This document shows, piece after piece, positions 17,176 to 27,783 of a stretch of DNA of 64,000 bases. The notes under the pieces are model-generated. The model did not search any database, had not been told where the DNA came from, and worked only from the letters and a program-made list of their open reading frames with translations. The position numbers and the translations under genes are program-made. Numbering within the stretch: position 1 is the first letter of the stretch; each line of letters opens with the position of its first letter. This DNA is from a bacterium GBS-1 (GTDB taxonomy: Bacteria; Synergistota; GBS-1), in contig LEKQ01000005.1 in NCBI GenBank assembly GCA_001443005.1, positions 64,809-128,808 of the forward strand, in the 5' to 3' direction.

Positions 17176-18333
17176 TTAGGGCTCCTCAGGCCTTACCTTG
17201 TCGTGGAAAACGGCTTTTCTTTCTTTGCAATATAAGATAACCGCATCCTTGTTAAGCGGGTCATGGGTGTTGGGGTCGATAGTGATCGTGGCATGTAAGA
17301 GCTTAAGATTTTTTGTGTTTTCTAAGGCATCTCTTATAGCCTTAGGATCGGCGCTTCCAGCCCTCCTTATGGCGTCAGCCAGAAGATACATAGCATCATA
17401 AGCTAAAATCCCGTTTACAAACTCCTTGCACTCATCGTTGTATTTCTTCCTATAGGCTTCGAAAAAGGGCCTTAAGGCTGGGTCGTCAGGGGATACATGG
17501 TTAACCCAGTAGCTTCCCTCAAGGGTATCACCCGCTATGTCCCACATGAAGTCAGCGTATCCGTCTCCTCCCATGAATATCACATCTTTCATTCCAAGCT
17601 CTCTCGCTTGCTTTATAGTTAACGCCATTTCCTTACCCATGTTGGGTAGTATTATCACGTCGGGTTTAGCTTTAGCTATCTCGGTAAGCTGAGCTCTGAA
17701 GTCGACGTCAACTCCACCGCGGAAGGCCAAGTCTGCTACGATTTCCCCTCCGAACTTCTTGTAGTTCTCTATGAAAAATTCGCGAAGTCCCTGAGAGTAA
17801 TCGCTGCTCACATCGTATAGTATGGCTGCTTTCTTCAACTTGAGTTTCTTAGCAGCGTAGTAGGCCAAGACCTTCCCCTGGTAGGGATCAGTAAAGCATA
17901 TCCTGAAAGAGTAAGGCCTTACCCTTCCCTTTTCGTCAACTGTTACGCGTGGGTTAGTGGATACGGTTCCTATCTGAGGGATACCAGCGCGGTTAACCAG
18001 GGGAGCTACAGCTATGTTCACGCCAGAGGAGTTGGCTCCGACTATCGCTACCACCTTATCTTGCTCGATCATCCTTCTGACGGCATTTACCGCGTCTTCC
18101 TGACGACTCCTGAAGTCGTAAGGTACGAGCTCAATCTTAAGCCCTTTAGGTAATATTCCTGATGCGTTAATCTCTTCTACAGCGAGCTGTGCTGCCTTGA
18201 CCTCGGTCTGTCCATAAGCTGCCCAGTCTCCCGTTAAAGCTGCGAGATATCCAACTTTGATGATGGTCTCCGCGCTAGCTAACCCTGCCGCCGAAAGAGC
18301 AAGGCAAACCGCAAGAAGCAAGACCTTCTTCAC
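17176..18333 (-). CDS. livK: Branched-chain amino acid ABC substrate-binding protein (LivK/LivJ family)
   Basis: Signal peptide, ALTGDWAAYG, FRICFTDPYQG, DFRAQLT. Confidence 0.88.
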   Translation of the reverse strand: MKKVLLLAVCLALSAAGLASAETIIKVGYLAALTGDWAAYGQTEVKAAQLAVEEINASGILPKGLKIELVPYDFRSRQEDAVNAVRRMIEQDKVVAIVGANSSGVNIAVAPLVNRAGIPQIGTVSTNPRVTVDEKGRVRPYSFRICFTDPYQGKVLAYYAAKKLKLKKAAILYDVSSDYSQGLREFFIENYKKFGGEIVADLAFRGGVDVDFRAQLTEIAKAKPDVIILPNMGKEMALTIKQARELGMKDVIFMGGDGYADFMWDIAGDTLEGSYWVNHVSPDDPALRPFFEAYRKKYNDECKEFVNGILAYDAMYLLADAIRRAGSADPKAIRDALENTKNLKLLHATITIDPNTHDPLNKDAVILYCKERKAVFHDKVRPEEP

Positions 18334-18359
18334 TAGCGCCCACCCCCTTATTCTTGAAG

Positions 18360-18403
18360 TTTACATCTTCTTTATTTTAGGATAAAATAAGTATTCATGT
18401 AAA
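18360..18403. promoter_or_regulatory. Symmetric bidirectional promoter between livK and the dehydratase gene
   Basis: + strand TTTACA-17-TAAAAT; - strand TTTACA-18-TAAAAT; central IR TTATTTTA-GGA-TAAAATAA. Confidence 0.65.
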
Positions 18404-18439
18404 GGTATGTACGAAAAATTTAAAGGGGGTGGATTTCGA

Positions 18440-19417
18440 GTGAACTGTGATGTTAATGTGAGACCTGAAGATGTGGTTAAGGCTTATAAGCTCTTGAGGG
18501 GTAGGGTTTTAATGACTCCCCTTGAAAGAAGCGAAGTTTTAAGCGAGCTTTGTGGGGGGAACGTCTTCTTAAAGCTCGAGAATCTTCAGCTTTGCAGGAG
18601 CTTTAAGATCAGAGGCGCCATGAATATTATGCTTAATCTAAAGGGTGAGTTTGAAGGGAAAGGAGTCGTAACCTGCTCAAGCGGGAATCACGCTCAGGGT
18701 GTAGCCATAGCCTCAAGAGAGCTTGGAATAAGGAGCATTATAGTTGTTCCGAAGGATTGCCCTGAAACTAAGAAGGAGGCCATAAGACTTTTTGGGAAAG
18801 GGTGGATAGAGCTTGTCGAACACGGTTACGGTTATGATTCCGCCTTCAAAGAGGCCGAAAGGATATCAAGGGAGAACAATCTTCCCTTTATACCTCCGGG
18901 AGAGCATAGGCTCGTTATGGCTGGTGCCGGTACCGTGGGGTATGAGATAGTTAATCAAAATCCTGATATAGATGCTATTCTTGTTCCAGCTGGTTCAGGT
19001 GGTCTCATTCTGGGTATAGCCACCATAGTTAAGTCGATTAAGCCCAGGGTAGAGATAATAGGTATTCAGAGTGAGGCATCTCCGCCATGGTATTTCTCTT
19101 GGCAGGCTGGAAGGCTCGTCGAGGTGGAGTATAAGCCCAGTCTCTCTGAGGGGACCTGGGGTAGCATAAAGGAGTGCATGTTTAACCTTGCTAAGGATAG
19201 GGTCGATAGCTTCCTGTTGGTTAAAGAGGAGGATATTAAAGAAGCGATAGCCTTTGCCCTAAGAAAGCTCCACCTCGTAGTTGAGGGGGCTGGTGCTTTA
19301 GGTATAGCCGCTTTGCTCTCTAAGAGGTTTAACGCCGAAGGTAGGAACGTAGTGGTAGTTGTAAGCGGAGGAAACATAGATGTTGGTGTGCTTAAATCTG
19401 TGCTGAACTCATATTAA
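18440..19417 (+). CDS. PLP-dependent threonine/serine dehydratase (no ACT domain); start revised to GTG 18440
   Basis: KLENLQ..SFKIRGA, SSGNHAQG, GSGGL, VVSGGN; SD AAGGGGGTGG before GTG. Confidence 0.85.
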   Translation: MNCDVNVRPEDVVKAYKLLRGRVLMTPLERSEVLSELCGGNVFLKLENLQLCRSFKIRGAMNIMLNLKGEFEGKGVVTCSSGNHAQGVAIASRELGIRSIIVVPKDCPETKKEAIRLFGKGWIELVEHGYGYDSAFKEAERISRENNLPFIPPGEHRLVMAGAGTVGYEIVNQNPDIDAILVPAGSGGLILGIATIVKSIKPRVEIIGIQSEASPPWYFSWQAGRLVEVEYKPSLSEGTWGSIKECMFNLAKDRVDSFLLVKEEDIKEAIAFALRKLHLVVEGAGALGIAALLSKRFNAEGRNVVVVVSGGNIDVGVLKSVLNSY

Positions 19418-20610
19418 TGGAGGAGATCCTTTCTGGTGTAAGGAGTGATCGTATGTCTAGTCTTTTGGGTTTCCCCATTAAGAAGGTTGGTGTTATCGGT
19501 GGTGGGCAGTTGGGCAAGATGTTGGCTCAAAAAGCTAAGCAGATGGGGTTTTACATCATATCTCTTGATCCCAATCCAGAATGTCCCGCGAGCTCGGTTT
19601 CCGATGAGTTGATAGTGGGTGATTTCTATGATCCAGAGAAGCTGAGAGAGCTCGCTGAAAAAAGCGATGTTATAACCTATGAGATAGAACATATAAACGT
19701 AGAGGTGTTGAAGGAGCTTCACGAAGCAGGGCATGAGATCTATCCTTCCCCTTACTGTCTCGAGGTGATTCAAGATAAGCTTAAGCAGAAGGAGCTTTTT
19801 AGAAGAGCTGGCTTACCCGTCCCCAGATTTAAGAGGGTCTTAAGCTTCGATCCCTCCTTTTTCGAAGATTTTGGATTTCCCTGCGTTCAGAAGGCATCTA
19901 AGGGAGGGTATGATGGTAGGGGAGTTGTGGTCTTAAGGGACAGGAGCGATCTAGCTAAGGTGCTTAAGGTCGATTCTTTCGTCGAGGAGTTGGTTAATAT
20001 TAAAAAGGAGTTGGCGGTTATGGTTGCGAGGGGTAGGAAGGGGGAGGTCGTGAGCTATCCTGTTGTTGAGATGATCTTTGAACCTTCAGCAAACATTCTT
20101 GATCTTCTAATTGCGCCTGCTAGAATCGATGAAAGGATAGCTAATAGGGCTAAAGAGATAGCCATACGCGTGGTTGAGGTGTTGGATGGCGTTGGAGTGT
20201 TTGGTGTGGAGCTTTTCCTAACGGAGGATGGGGAGATCTTTATAAATGAAGTTGCCCCTAGGCCTCATAACTCTGGACATTACACCATAGAGGCTTGCTT
20301 AACCAGTCAATTTGAACAACACTTGAGGGCGATATGTGGTTTTCCCCTGGGATCTACAAGGCAGATTTTGCCGGCCGTAATGGTTAACCTCTTAGGAGAG
20401 GGAGATCGCAGGGGTAAGCCGCTTATAGAGGGATTAGCTGAGGCTTTGGCTATAGAGGGGGTTTCTTTTCATTTCTACGGTAAGAAGGTAACTATTCCTT
20501 TCAGAAAGATGGGGCATGTTACTATAATCGATGATGATTTGGATAGAGCTATAGGGAAGGCAAGAAAGGTTAAGGATCTGCTTAAGATAAGGGCGAAGGA
20601 GGAGTCGTGA
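19417..20610 (+). CDS. purK: N5-carboxyaminoimidazole ribonucleotide synthase
   Basis: [34 protein letters not shown]. Confidence 0.95.
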   Translation: MEEILSGVRSDRMSSLLGFPIKKVGVIGGGQLGKMLAQKAKQMGFYIISLDPNPECPASSVSDELIVGDFYDPEKLRELAEKSDVITYEIEHINVEVLKELHEAGHEIYPSPYCLEVIQDKLKQKELFRRAGLPVPRFKRVLSFDPSFFEDFGFPCVQKASKGGYDGRGVVVLRDRSDLAKVLKVDSFVEELVNIKKELAVMVARGRKGEVVSYPVVEMIFEPSANILDLLIAPARIDERIANRAKEIAIRVVEVLDGVGVFGVELFLTEDGEIFINEVAPRPHNSGHYTIEACLTSQFEQHLRAICGFPLGSTRQILPAVMVNLLGEGDRRGKPLIEGLAEALAIEGVSFHFYGKKVTIPFRKMGHVTIIDDDLDRAIGKARKVKDLLKIRAKEES

Positions 20611-20611
20611 T

Positions 20612-21133
20612 ATGGGGAAGCCTCTTGTGGGGATCATAATGGGGAGCGATTCTGATCTCCCCGTCATGAAGGATGCTGCGGAGGTACTAAAGGATTTTGG
20701 GGTGGATTATGAGATAACCATAGTTTCAGCTCATAGGACTCCGGATAGAATGTTTGAATACGCGAAGGAGGCAGCGTCGAGGGGGATAGAGGTTATAATC
20801 GCTGGCGCAGGCGGTGCTGCTCATCTTCCGGGAATGGTAGCTTCTATATCTCATCTGCCGGTCATAGGCGTTCCCATAAAGACGTCTTCATTAAATGGGT
20901 TGGATTCCCTTCTCTCGATAGTTCAGATGCCTTCGGGGGTTCCAGTTGCGACCGTGGCGATAAATAACGCTAAGAACGCTGGGATCTTAGCAGCTCAGAT
21001 CCTCGGAATAAAGTATCCTGAAATTAGAGAGAGGGTTATTCAGTTTAAGGAGAGGCTTAAAAGTGAGGTGGAAAAGAAGGCTAAAGCGTTAGAAAGCGTT
21101 GGATATGATGAGTACCTAAAGGGGATTCGTTGA
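20612..21133 (+). CDS. purE: N5-CAIR mutase
   Basis: [35 protein letters not shown]. Confidence 0.96.
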   Translation: MGKPLVGIIMGSDSDLPVMKDAAEVLKDFGVDYEITIVSAHRTPDRMFEYAKEAASRGIEVIIAGAGGAAHLPGMVASISHLPVIGVPIKTSSLNGLDSLLSIVQMPSGVPVATVAINNAKNAGILAAQILGIKYPEIRERVIQFKERLKSEVEKKAKALESVGYDEYLKGIR

Positions 21134-21137
21134 GCTC

Positions 21138-21165
21138 TTGACAGGGCTCGGCTTTTGTGTAAAAT
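21138..21165 (+). promoter_or_regulatory. sigmaA-type promoter for cysE-cysK
   Basis: TTGACA-16nt-TAAAAT. Confidence 0.55.
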
Positions 21166-21203
21166 AAAGTTTAATCGAAATCTGAAGAGGATATAGGGGG
21201 TGT

Positions 21204-21869
21204 TTGATCTATGGGGTGCGTAGCTTTATCGAAACCATAAGAGCTGATTTTAGAGCTATTAGGGAGAGAGACCCTGCCCTCCCTGATGGTCCCCTCGGTT
21301 TTTTTGAGGCCCTCCTCTGTTATCCTGGCTTTCACGCTGTGTTCTGCCACAGGTTCATTCATATCCTTCACGCTAAGTTAAGAATACCTTTGATCCCTCG
21401 ACTTCTATCTCATATTGTTCGCTTTCTCACAGGAGTAGAGATTCATCCTGGCGCTAAGATCGGTAAGGGTTTCTTCATCGATCATGGTATGGGTGTGGTG
21501 ATAGGAGAGACGGCCCAGATAGGGGATAACGTTACCCTTTATCATGGGGTGACCCTCGGTGGAACGAGTTGGAAGAAGGGTAAGAGACATCCTACGGTTG
21601 AGGATGATGTCGTTATAGGTGCAGGAGCTAAGATACTGGGGAACATCACTATAGGGAGAGGGTCTCGCATAGGTGCGGGAAGCGTCGTTTTGAAGGATGT
21701 CCCACCAGGAAGCACCGTCGTTGGCGTTCCCGGTGTGGTGGTTAAGGTGGGGGATGAAAAGGTTAGGCTTCAGGAGGGAGGGGTCACGAGCTTAGCCTGG
21801 AGGGTTGAGGAGCTTGAAAGGAGAGTGGCCCATCTTGAGAGCCTTCTTTTAAGGGCAGAGGAGAGGTGA
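21204..21869 (+). CDS. cysE: Serine O-acetyltransferase
   Basis: [31 protein letters not shown], hexapeptide repeats. Confidence 0.95.
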   Translation: MIYGVRSFIETIRADFRAIRERDPALPDGPLGFFEALLCYPGFHAVFCHRFIHILHAKLRIPLIPRLLSHIVRFLTGVEIHPGAKIGKGFFIDHGMGVVIGETAQIGDNVTLYHGVTLGGTSWKKGKRHPTVEDDVVIGAGAKILGNITIGRGSRIGAGSVVLKDVPPGSTVVGVPGVVVKVGDEKVRLQEGGVTSLAWRVEELERRVAHLESLLLRAEER

Positions 21870-21875
21870 TGGAGC

Positions 21876-22772
21876 TTGGTGTCTCTCTTCGAGATTGTGG
21901 GAAATACCCCATTGGTTAAGCTGCGCTATTTTTCCGGAAGGGTTAACATTTACGCTAAGCTTGAGGGGAATAACCCAGGCGGTAGCGTTAAGGATCGACC
22001 TGCGCTTTTCATGTTCATCGATGCCTTAAGGCGAGGTGTTATAGGTGATAAGAAGGGGATAGTGGAGCCCACATCCGGCAATACCGGCATAGCCTTATCC
22101 ATGCTTTGTGCCTACTATGGTATACCCTGCATTCTTGTCATGCCCGATAACATGAGCATTGAAAGGAGAAGGCTCCTTCATCTTTACGGTGCGGAGATAG
22201 TTTTAACACCCTCTGAGGAGGGAATGAGGGGAGCCATTGAGGAAGCTAAGAGGATCAGCTTGGAAAGAGGCTATTTCATGCCGGATCAGTTCTCTAACTA
22301 TGAGAACGTCAGGGCTCATCTTTTAACCACTGGTCCTGAGATAATAAAACAGATGGGCTTTAGGAAGATAGATGCTTTCGTTGCTGGTGTGGGAACGGGG
22401 GGAACCATAACGGGCGTTGGTAAAGCCTTAAAGTCCTTTGATCCTTATATCAAGGTCATAGGCGTTGAACCGGCTTCCTCAAGCGTACTTTCCGGGGGCA
22501 AACCCGGTCCCCATAGGATTCAGGGTATAGGTGCCGGCTTTACACCGCCAATTTTGGATAAGAGTGTGATCGATAGCTTTTTAGCGGTGGAGGATGAGGA
22601 GGCCTTGGAGATGATGCAGCTTCTTGCATGTAAGGAGGGTATTTCCGCCGGCATATCCTCAGGTGCTGCCTTAAGCGCCTGTCTTAAGGTAGCTGAGACC
22701 CTTCCTTCGGAGGCAAACGTGGTTACCATCTTTCCAGATAGAGCCGATAAGTATCTCTCGGTTTTGGGATAA
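21876..22772 (+). CDS. cysK: Cysteine synthase
   Basis: NPGGSVKDR, EPTSGNTG, GVGTGGT, HRIQGIG. Confidence 0.93.
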   Translation: MVSLFEIVGNTPLVKLRYFSGRVNIYAKLEGNNPGGSVKDRPALFMFIDALRRGVIGDKKGIVEPTSGNTGIALSMLCAYYGIPCILVMPDNMSIERRRLLHLYGAEIVLTPSEEGMRGAIEEAKRISLERGYFMPDQFSNYENVRAHLLTTGPEIIKQMGFRKIDAFVAGVGTGGTITGVGKALKSFDPYIKVIGVEPASSSVLSGGKPGPHRIQGIGAGFTPPILDKSVIDSFLAVEDEEALEMMQLLACKEGISAGISSGAALSACLKVAETLPSEANVVTIFPDRADKYLSVLG

Positions 22773-22777
22773 TGCTT

Positions 22778-22802
22778 GGACGGGCTTTCTATAGGCCCGT
22801 CC
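22778..22802. terminator. Hairpin after cysK
   Basis: GGACGGGCT-TTCTATA-GGCCCGTCC; no U tract on the + strand. Confidence 0.5.
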
Positions 22803-22823
22803 CAAAACTAAACCTGTGAGTGA

Positions 22824-22852
22824 TTGACAGATAGCAGAATTAAGTTTATAAT
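22824..22852 (+). promoter_or_regulatory. Consensus sigmaA promoter for ylxM-ffh-rpsP operon
   Basis: Perfect TTGACA-17nt-TATAAT. Confidence 0.85.
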
Positions 22853-22895
22853 TTAGAGCGCCCTGTAAAGCGATTTTAGTTAACAGAGGTGAAAG

Positions 22896-23258
22896 ATGGA
22901 GCGCTTCTTCGTTTGCTTGCTTATAGACTTTTATGGGGGGCTTTTAACCCAAAATCAAAGAAGGATAGTGAAACTTTACTATGAGGATGACCTTTCCCTT
23001 GGTGAAATAGCAGATAAGCTTGGTATAACCAGGCAGGCGGTGTATTATACACTGAAGAGGGCCCTAAGGAGACTTAAGGGTATCGAGGGGCAACTGGGGC
23101 TTGTGGAAAGGTTCTTGATGTATAGAAGGTCCTTTGATGGCATTATTAAGGAGCTTAAGTCTTTGAGGGATAGCTTATCGGTTGATGATAGAGGAAAGCT
23201 TGAAAGAGTTATTAAGAAGATAGATGAGCTTATAGAACGGGGTGGTTTGGTTGTTTGA
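22896..23258 (+). CDS. ylxM: SRP-associated protein YlxM
   Basis: DFYGGLLTQNQ..YYEDDLSLGEIA..ITRQAVY; directly upstream of ffh. Confidence 0.92.
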   Translation: MERFFVCLLIDFYGGLLTQNQRRIVKLYYEDDLSLGEIADKLGITRQAVYYTLKRALRRLKGIEGQLGLVERFLMYRRSFDGIIKELKSLRDSLSVDDRGKLERVIKKIDELIERGGLVV

Positions 23259-24567
23259 GCGGTTGAGGGAAAGGTTTGAGGGTATTTTGTCCCTCTTGAG
23301 GAGAAAGGGAAAGCTTTCGGAGGAGGATGTTGATAACGCCTTAAGGCAGATAAGGCTCGCTCTGCTTGAGGCTGACGTTCACTATAAGGTCGTTAAGGAT
23401 TTGCTGTCTAAGGTTAGGGAGAAGGCTCTAAAGGAGGAAGTCCTATCGAGCATAAGCCCAGCTGATCAGGTTTTGAAGATCCTCTATGAGGAGTTAGTAG
23501 GGGTAATGAAAGGGGGAGCTCCACGGCTGAGTTCCTCGTCGGAACCGCCCTCCCTTTATATGCTTGTTGGGCTTCAGGGCTCTGGTAAGACGACGACTGC
23601 CGTTAAGCTGGCTAAGCTTCTCAAAAAGGATGGTAAGAGGGTGGTTTTGGTTGCAGCTGACGTTAAGAGGCCTGCGGCTAAGGAGCAGCTTGAGACCCTA
23701 TCGAAGCCCCTTGATTTTCAGGTCGTGGGAGGGAAAACCCCCTTTGATGCGGTTTCCTCTGGTATAAGGCTGGCTAAGGAGAGACTTTGTGAAGCGATTA
23801 TAGTGGACTCAGCGGGAAGGCTTCACATAGATGAGGAGATGCTTTCTGAGCTAAGGGAGCTTGAGAAGCAATTTAACTTTCAGGAGATCCTTCTTGTGGT
23901 TGACTCGATGATGGGGCAAGAGGCCCTCAAGGTTGGGAGCGCTTTCGCTGAAGCTGTGAACCTTACAGGGGTCATATTGACGAAGCTAGATGGAGATGCA
24001 AGGGGTGGCGCCGCTTTGTCCATGAGCTATGTTCTTGGGAAGCCCATAAGATTCGTCGGTGTGGGTGAAAGAATCGACGATTTGGAGCCCTTCTACCCTG
24101 ATAGGATAGTTTCCAGAATACTGGGTATGGGTGATGTGGCCACGCTCGTTGAGAGGATATCTTCGGTCGTTGAGGAAAAGAAGGCCAAGGAGATAGGGAA
24201 GAAGCTGAAGAAGGCGGAGTTCACGATGGAGGACCTTTTGGAATATCTAAGGCAGATGAAAAGCATGGGGCCCTTAGATCAGCTTTTAGATATGATACCT
24301 GGCTTTTCCAAGCTCAAGAGAAGGTTCGGAGAGGTTAACGTGGATGAGAGAAACCTAAAGCACATAGAAGCCATAATACTCTCCATGACGCCTGAGGAAA
24401 GGAGAAGGCCGGAGATAATAAAGGGGAGCAGGAAGCGGAGAATAGCTATGGGGAGCGGTACGTCAGTTCAGCTCGTTAACCAGGTTTTGAAGCAGTATGA
24501 AGAGGTAAAGGAGATGCTGAAGAAGTTCTCCAAAGGCGGTGGAAAGATAAAGCTGCCGTTTGTTTAA
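23251..24567 (+). CDS. ffh: Signal recognition particle protein (start revised to TTG 23251)
   Basis: GLQGSGKTT, DSAGR, TKLDGDARGG, M-domain SMTPEERRRP. Confidence 0.97.
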   Translation: MFERLRERFEGILSLLRRKGKLSEEDVDNALRQIRLALLEADVHYKVVKDLLSKVREKALKEEVLSSISPADQVLKILYEELVGVMKGGAPRLSSSSEPPSLYMLVGLQGSGKTTTAVKLAKLLKKDGKRVVLVAADVKRPAAKEQLETLSKPLDFQVVGGKTPFDAVSSGIRLAKERLCEAIIVDSAGRLHIDEEMLSELRELEKQFNFQEILLVVDSMMGQEALKVGSAFAEAVNLTGVILTKLDGDARGGAALSMSYVLGKPIRFVGVGERIDDLEPFYPDRIVSRILGMGDVATLVERISSVVEEKKAKEIGKKLKKAEFTMEDLLEYLRQMKSMGPLDQLLDMIPGFSKLKRRFGEVNVDERNLKHIEAIILSMTPEERRRPEIIKGSRKRRIAMGSGTSVQLVNQVLKQYEEVKEMLKKFSKGGGKIKLPFV

Positions 24568-24595
24568 ATCTTTTAATTTTAGGAGGTGTTCTTGA

Positions 24596-24934
24596 GTGGT
24601 TAGGATTCGCCTCACGAGGATGGGCGCTAAGAAGAAGCCCTTTTATCGGTTGGTTGTAGCTGATGCTAAAGCTCCGCGTGATGGGAGGTTCATTGAGGTA
24701 CTCGGATATTATAATCCTCTTACAGAGCCGCCGGTCATAAAGGTCAATGAGGAGAGGGCTTTGCTCTGGCTTGAGAGGGGGGCTCAGCCCTCGGATACGG
24801 CGAAGAGCATCCTTTCGAGGGTTGGAGTATGGGAGAAGTTCTGTCAGGCTAAGGAGGCTCGCAAGAAGGCGAAGGTCTCTGGAGGTGTCGTAAGTGAAGG
24901 ATCTGGTAAGCTTTCTGGTGAAGTCTCTAGTTGA
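24596..24934 (+). CDS. rpsP: 30S ribosomal protein S16
   Basis: [37 protein letters not shown]. Confidence 0.97.
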   Translation: MVRIRLTRMGAKKKPFYRLVVADAKAPRDGRFIEVLGYYNPLTEPPVIKVNEERALLWLERGAQPSDTAKSILSRVGVWEKFCQAKEARKKAKVSGGVVSEGSGKLSGEVSS

Positions 24935-25133
24935 CCATCCCGAAGAGGTTGAAGTGATGGCTTTGGAGGGAAGGAAGTCGGTGCTTGTTGAAGTTTCAGT
25001 TAAGAAGGATGATATGGGCAAGGTTATAGGTAGGAAGGGGAGGTTGATTAAGGCCATAAGGGAGCTCTCTCGGGCTGCTGGCATAAAGAGCAGAAAGAAG
25101 GTTATAGTGGAGCTCCTTCCTTTAGAGGAATGA
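24894..25133 (+). CDS. khpA: KH domain RNA-binding protein
   Basis: [19 protein letters not shown]; between rpsP and rimM. Confidence 0.9.
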   Translation: MKDLVSFLVKSLVDHPEEVEVMALEGRKSVLVEVSVKKDDMGKVIGRKGRLIKAIRELSRAAGIKSRKKVIVELLPLEE

Positions 25134-25645
25134 GAAGGGCCAAGCTTATTTCTGTTGGGAAAGTTGTTGGGGCTCATGGAATAAAGGGGGTAGTGAAGGT
25201 TCTATCCCTCACCGACTTCCCCGAGAGGTTCAGGGAGAGAAAACGACTTGTGTTTTATGGTGAGGGGGATAGCGTCGTTTTTGAGGGTGACCTGGAAGAT
25301 CTCTGGATGGAGGGAAATCTCCTCTTCATTAAGATTAAGGGGTGTGAAACAAGAGACATGGCAGAGAGCCTCATCGGTTCGACTATAAAAATTAAGGAGG
25401 AGGAGCTTAAGCCGCTGGGTGAAGGGGAGTTTTACTTCCACCAGATAATAGGGCTTAGGGTTTATACCGATAATGGGATCTATCTGGGTAAGATTGTAGA
25501 TATAATAAGGACCGGAGCTAACGATGTCTTTTGCGTTAAGGGTAAGAGGGAGTATATGATTCCAGCTCTCAAGAAGGTGGTTAAAGAGGTAGATCTTAAA
25601 AGGGGAGTAATGGTTATAGTTCCTATAGAGGGATTGCTAGAATGA
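25130..25645 (+). CDS. rimM: Ribosome maturation factor RimM
   Basis: GKVVGAHGIKG, TGANDV, C-terminal IEGLL. Confidence 0.93.
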   Translation: MRRAKLISVGKVVGAHGIKGVVKVLSLTDFPERFRERKRLVFYGEGDSVVFEGDLEDLWMEGNLLFIKIKGCETRDMAESLIGSTIKIKEEELKPLGEGEFYFHQIIGLRVYTDNGIYLGKIVDIIRTGANDVFCVKGKREYMIPALKKVVKEVDLKRGVMVIVPIEGLLE

Positions 25646-26886
25646 GGTTTGACATAGTTACCCTTTTCCCTGAGATGTTTGAGAGCTTCACAAACTGTAG
25701 CATATTGAAGAGAGCGATAAATAAGGGGTTGATAGAGGTTCACTTTCACAATCCGAGGGAGTTTGCGACGGACAAGCATAGGACGGTGGATGACTACCCT
25801 TATGGTGGAGGAGGGGGGATGCTCCTTAGGGTTGAGCCCTTTTGGAGGGCTATAAAGAGCGTTCCCGGGAATCCCTACCGGATTCTCCTTTCTCCTCAGG
25901 GCAGATTGTTTAATCAGGATGTGGCGAAGGAGCTCGTTAAAAGGGGGCATATCCTTCTTATCTGCGGGCACTACGAGGGAATAGATGAGAGGATAACCGA
26001 GCTTGTGGATGAGGAGATATCCATAGGCGATTACGTTTTAACTGGTGGAGAGCTGCCGGCCATGGTTTTAGTGGATGCTGTAACGAGGCTTATCCCGGGA
26101 GCTTTAGGCTGTGAGGATTCGCCTAAGAGGGACTCCTTTTACGATGGCATATTGGACTTTCCTCACTATACTAAGCCTCGGGAGTTTGAGGGGCTTAAGG
26201 TTCCCGAGGTTCTCTTATCCGGGAATCATGAGGAGGTTGAGAGGTGGCGTAGGAGGGAGGCTTTAAGGAGGACCTTTCAAAGGAGGCCCGAGCTCGTAGA
26301 TAAGATATCCCTAAGGAAGTACATGGAGAAGGGGACCTACGTTGGCTTGGTTCATTACCCAGTATATAATCAGCACAGAGAGATTATAACTACGACTGTC
26401 GCTAACCTTGATATTCACGATATATCGAGATGCTGTAGGACCTATGGCGTTAAAGTCTTCTACATAATAACGCCTATAGAGGCGCAAAGGGAAACCGTTA
26501 AGCGTATAGTCAGACACTGGACCGAAGGGGTTGGGTCGAAGCTAAATCCCGATAGAAGGGAGGCCCTTGAGAGGGTGAAAGTCTCTCCTTCGGTTGAGGA
26601 GACGGTTAGAAGGATAGAGGAAAGGGAGAAGGCGGAGCCCATAGTTATAGCTACGAGCGCTAGGCCATCTTCCAAGATGATATCCTTCCGCGATCTTAAG
26701 TGGAGGATCTTGCTTGAGGAAAGGCCTCTTCTTCTCCTGTTTGGTACTGGCTGGGGGCTTACGGAGGAGGTTAAAAGCTGGTCCGACGGACTGCTTGAGC
26801 CTATAGAGTGGAAGGGAGATTATAATCATCTCTCTGTTAGGGCAGCTGTTGCGATAATTTTGGATAGACTCTTTAGAAGCGTGTAA
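25642..26886 (+). CDS. trmD: tRNA (m1G37) methyltransferase fused to a C-terminal TM1570-like SPOUT methyltransferase
   Basis: N-part: [34 protein letters not shown]-part: [41 protein letters not shown]. Confidence 0.93.
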   Translation: MRFDIVTLFPEMFESFTNCSILKRAINKGLIEVHFHNPREFATDKHRTVDDYPYGGGGGMLLRVEPFWRAIKSVPGNPYRILLSPQGRLFNQDVAKELVKRGHILLICGHYEGIDERITELVDEEISIGDYVLTGGELPAMVLVDAVTRLIPGALGCEDSPKRDSFYDGILDFPHYTKPREFEGLKVPEVLLSGNHEEVERWRRREALRRTFQRRPELVDKISLRKYMEKGTYVGLVHYPVYNQHREIITTTVANLDIHDISRCCRTYGVKVFYIITPIEAQRETVKRIVRHWTEGVGSKLNPDRREALERVKVSPSVEETVRRIEEREKAEPIVIATSARPSSKMISFRDLKWRILLEERPLLLLFGTGWGLTEEVKSWSDGLLEPIEWKGDYNHLSVRAAVAIILDRLFRSV

Positions 26887-26903
26887 GGAGGTGTTTTTCA
26901 GTC

Positions 26904-27251
26904 ATGGATCCCATAGTGAGGGAGATAGAAAAGGAGTTTATGAAAGCCGATATTCCTGATTTTAGGCCTGGTGATACCGTTAGGGTTCACCTTAAGGTTG
27001 AGGAGGGAGGAAAGGAAAGGATTCAGGTCTTCGAGGGGACGGTTATCGCTCGCTCTGGAGGAGGATTGAGGGAGACCTTCACGGTTAGGAAGATCTCCGG
27101 TGGTGTGGGTGTGGAGAGGATATTTCCGTTACACTCTCCCGCCATAGAGAAGATAGAGGTGGTCAAGAAGGGAAGGGCAAGGAGGGCTAAGCTCTATTAC
27201 CTGAGGGAGAGGGTTGGTAAGTCCGCGCGCCTTAAGGAAAGAAGGAGCTAA
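26904..27251 (+). CDS. rplS: 50S ribosomal protein L19
   Basis: [35 protein letters not shown]. Confidence 0.97.
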   Translation: MDPIVREIEKEFMKADIPDFRPGDTVRVHLKVEEGGKERIQVFEGTVIARSGGGLRETFTVRKISGGVGVERIFPLHSPAIEKIEVVKKGRARRAKLYYLRERVGKSARLKERRS

Positions 27252-27261
27252 GGCTAAATAG

Positions 27262-27783
27262 GTGAAGGAGATGAGTAAAAAGTCGGCCTGGCGTGAGATC
27301 GTAGAGACAATCGTAATCGCCGTTGTTTTAGCTTTATTGATAAGGGCTTTCGTGGTTGAAGCTTTCTATATACCTTCATCCTCTATGGTTCCAACCCTTG
27401 AACCGGGTGATAGAATTTTGGTGCTGAAGTTCTACTATCACTTTACCGATCCTAAAATTGGGGATATAGTTGTGTTTAGGTTTCCTCTAGACCCATCTAA
27501 GGACCTTATAAAGAGAATAGTGGCTGTTGGAGGGGATGTGGTTAGGATCGAAGGTGGCTACCTCTACGTTAACGGAAAGAGGGTCGAGGAACCCTATGTG
27601 GCTAACAGGGACTTTTACAACATGCCTCCAATTACGGTTCCGAAGGGGTTTTACTTCGTCCTTGGGGATAATAGGCCTAACAGCGAGGATAGTAGATTTT
27701 GGGGGTTCCTACCCAGGGGTAACATAAAGGGTAAGGCTGTAGTTAGATATTGGCCCCCTTCGAGGATTGGGCTGGTTGAATGA
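27262..27783 (+). CDS. lepB: Signal peptidase I
   Basis: IPSSSMVPTL, LIKRI, LGDNRPNSEDSR. Confidence 0.93.
   Translation: MKEMSKKSAWREIVETIVIAVVLALLIRAFVVEAFYIPSSSMVPTLEPGDRILVLKFYYHFTDPKIGDIVVFRFPLDPSKDLIKRIVAVGGDVVRIEGGYLYVNGKRVEEPYVANRDFYNMPPITVPKGFYFVLGDNRPNSEDSRFWGFLPRGNIKGKAVVRYWPPSRIGLVE

Noticed and set aside
21134..21203. T-box or S-box riboswitch before cysE
   Set aside because: Only ~70 nt, occupied by a short hairpin and promoter; no T-box or SAM motifs
24476..25177. 233-aa minus-strand ORF
   Set aside because: Antisense shadow of ffh/rpsP/khpA; Ser/Leu/Pro-rich mirror of purine-rich codons
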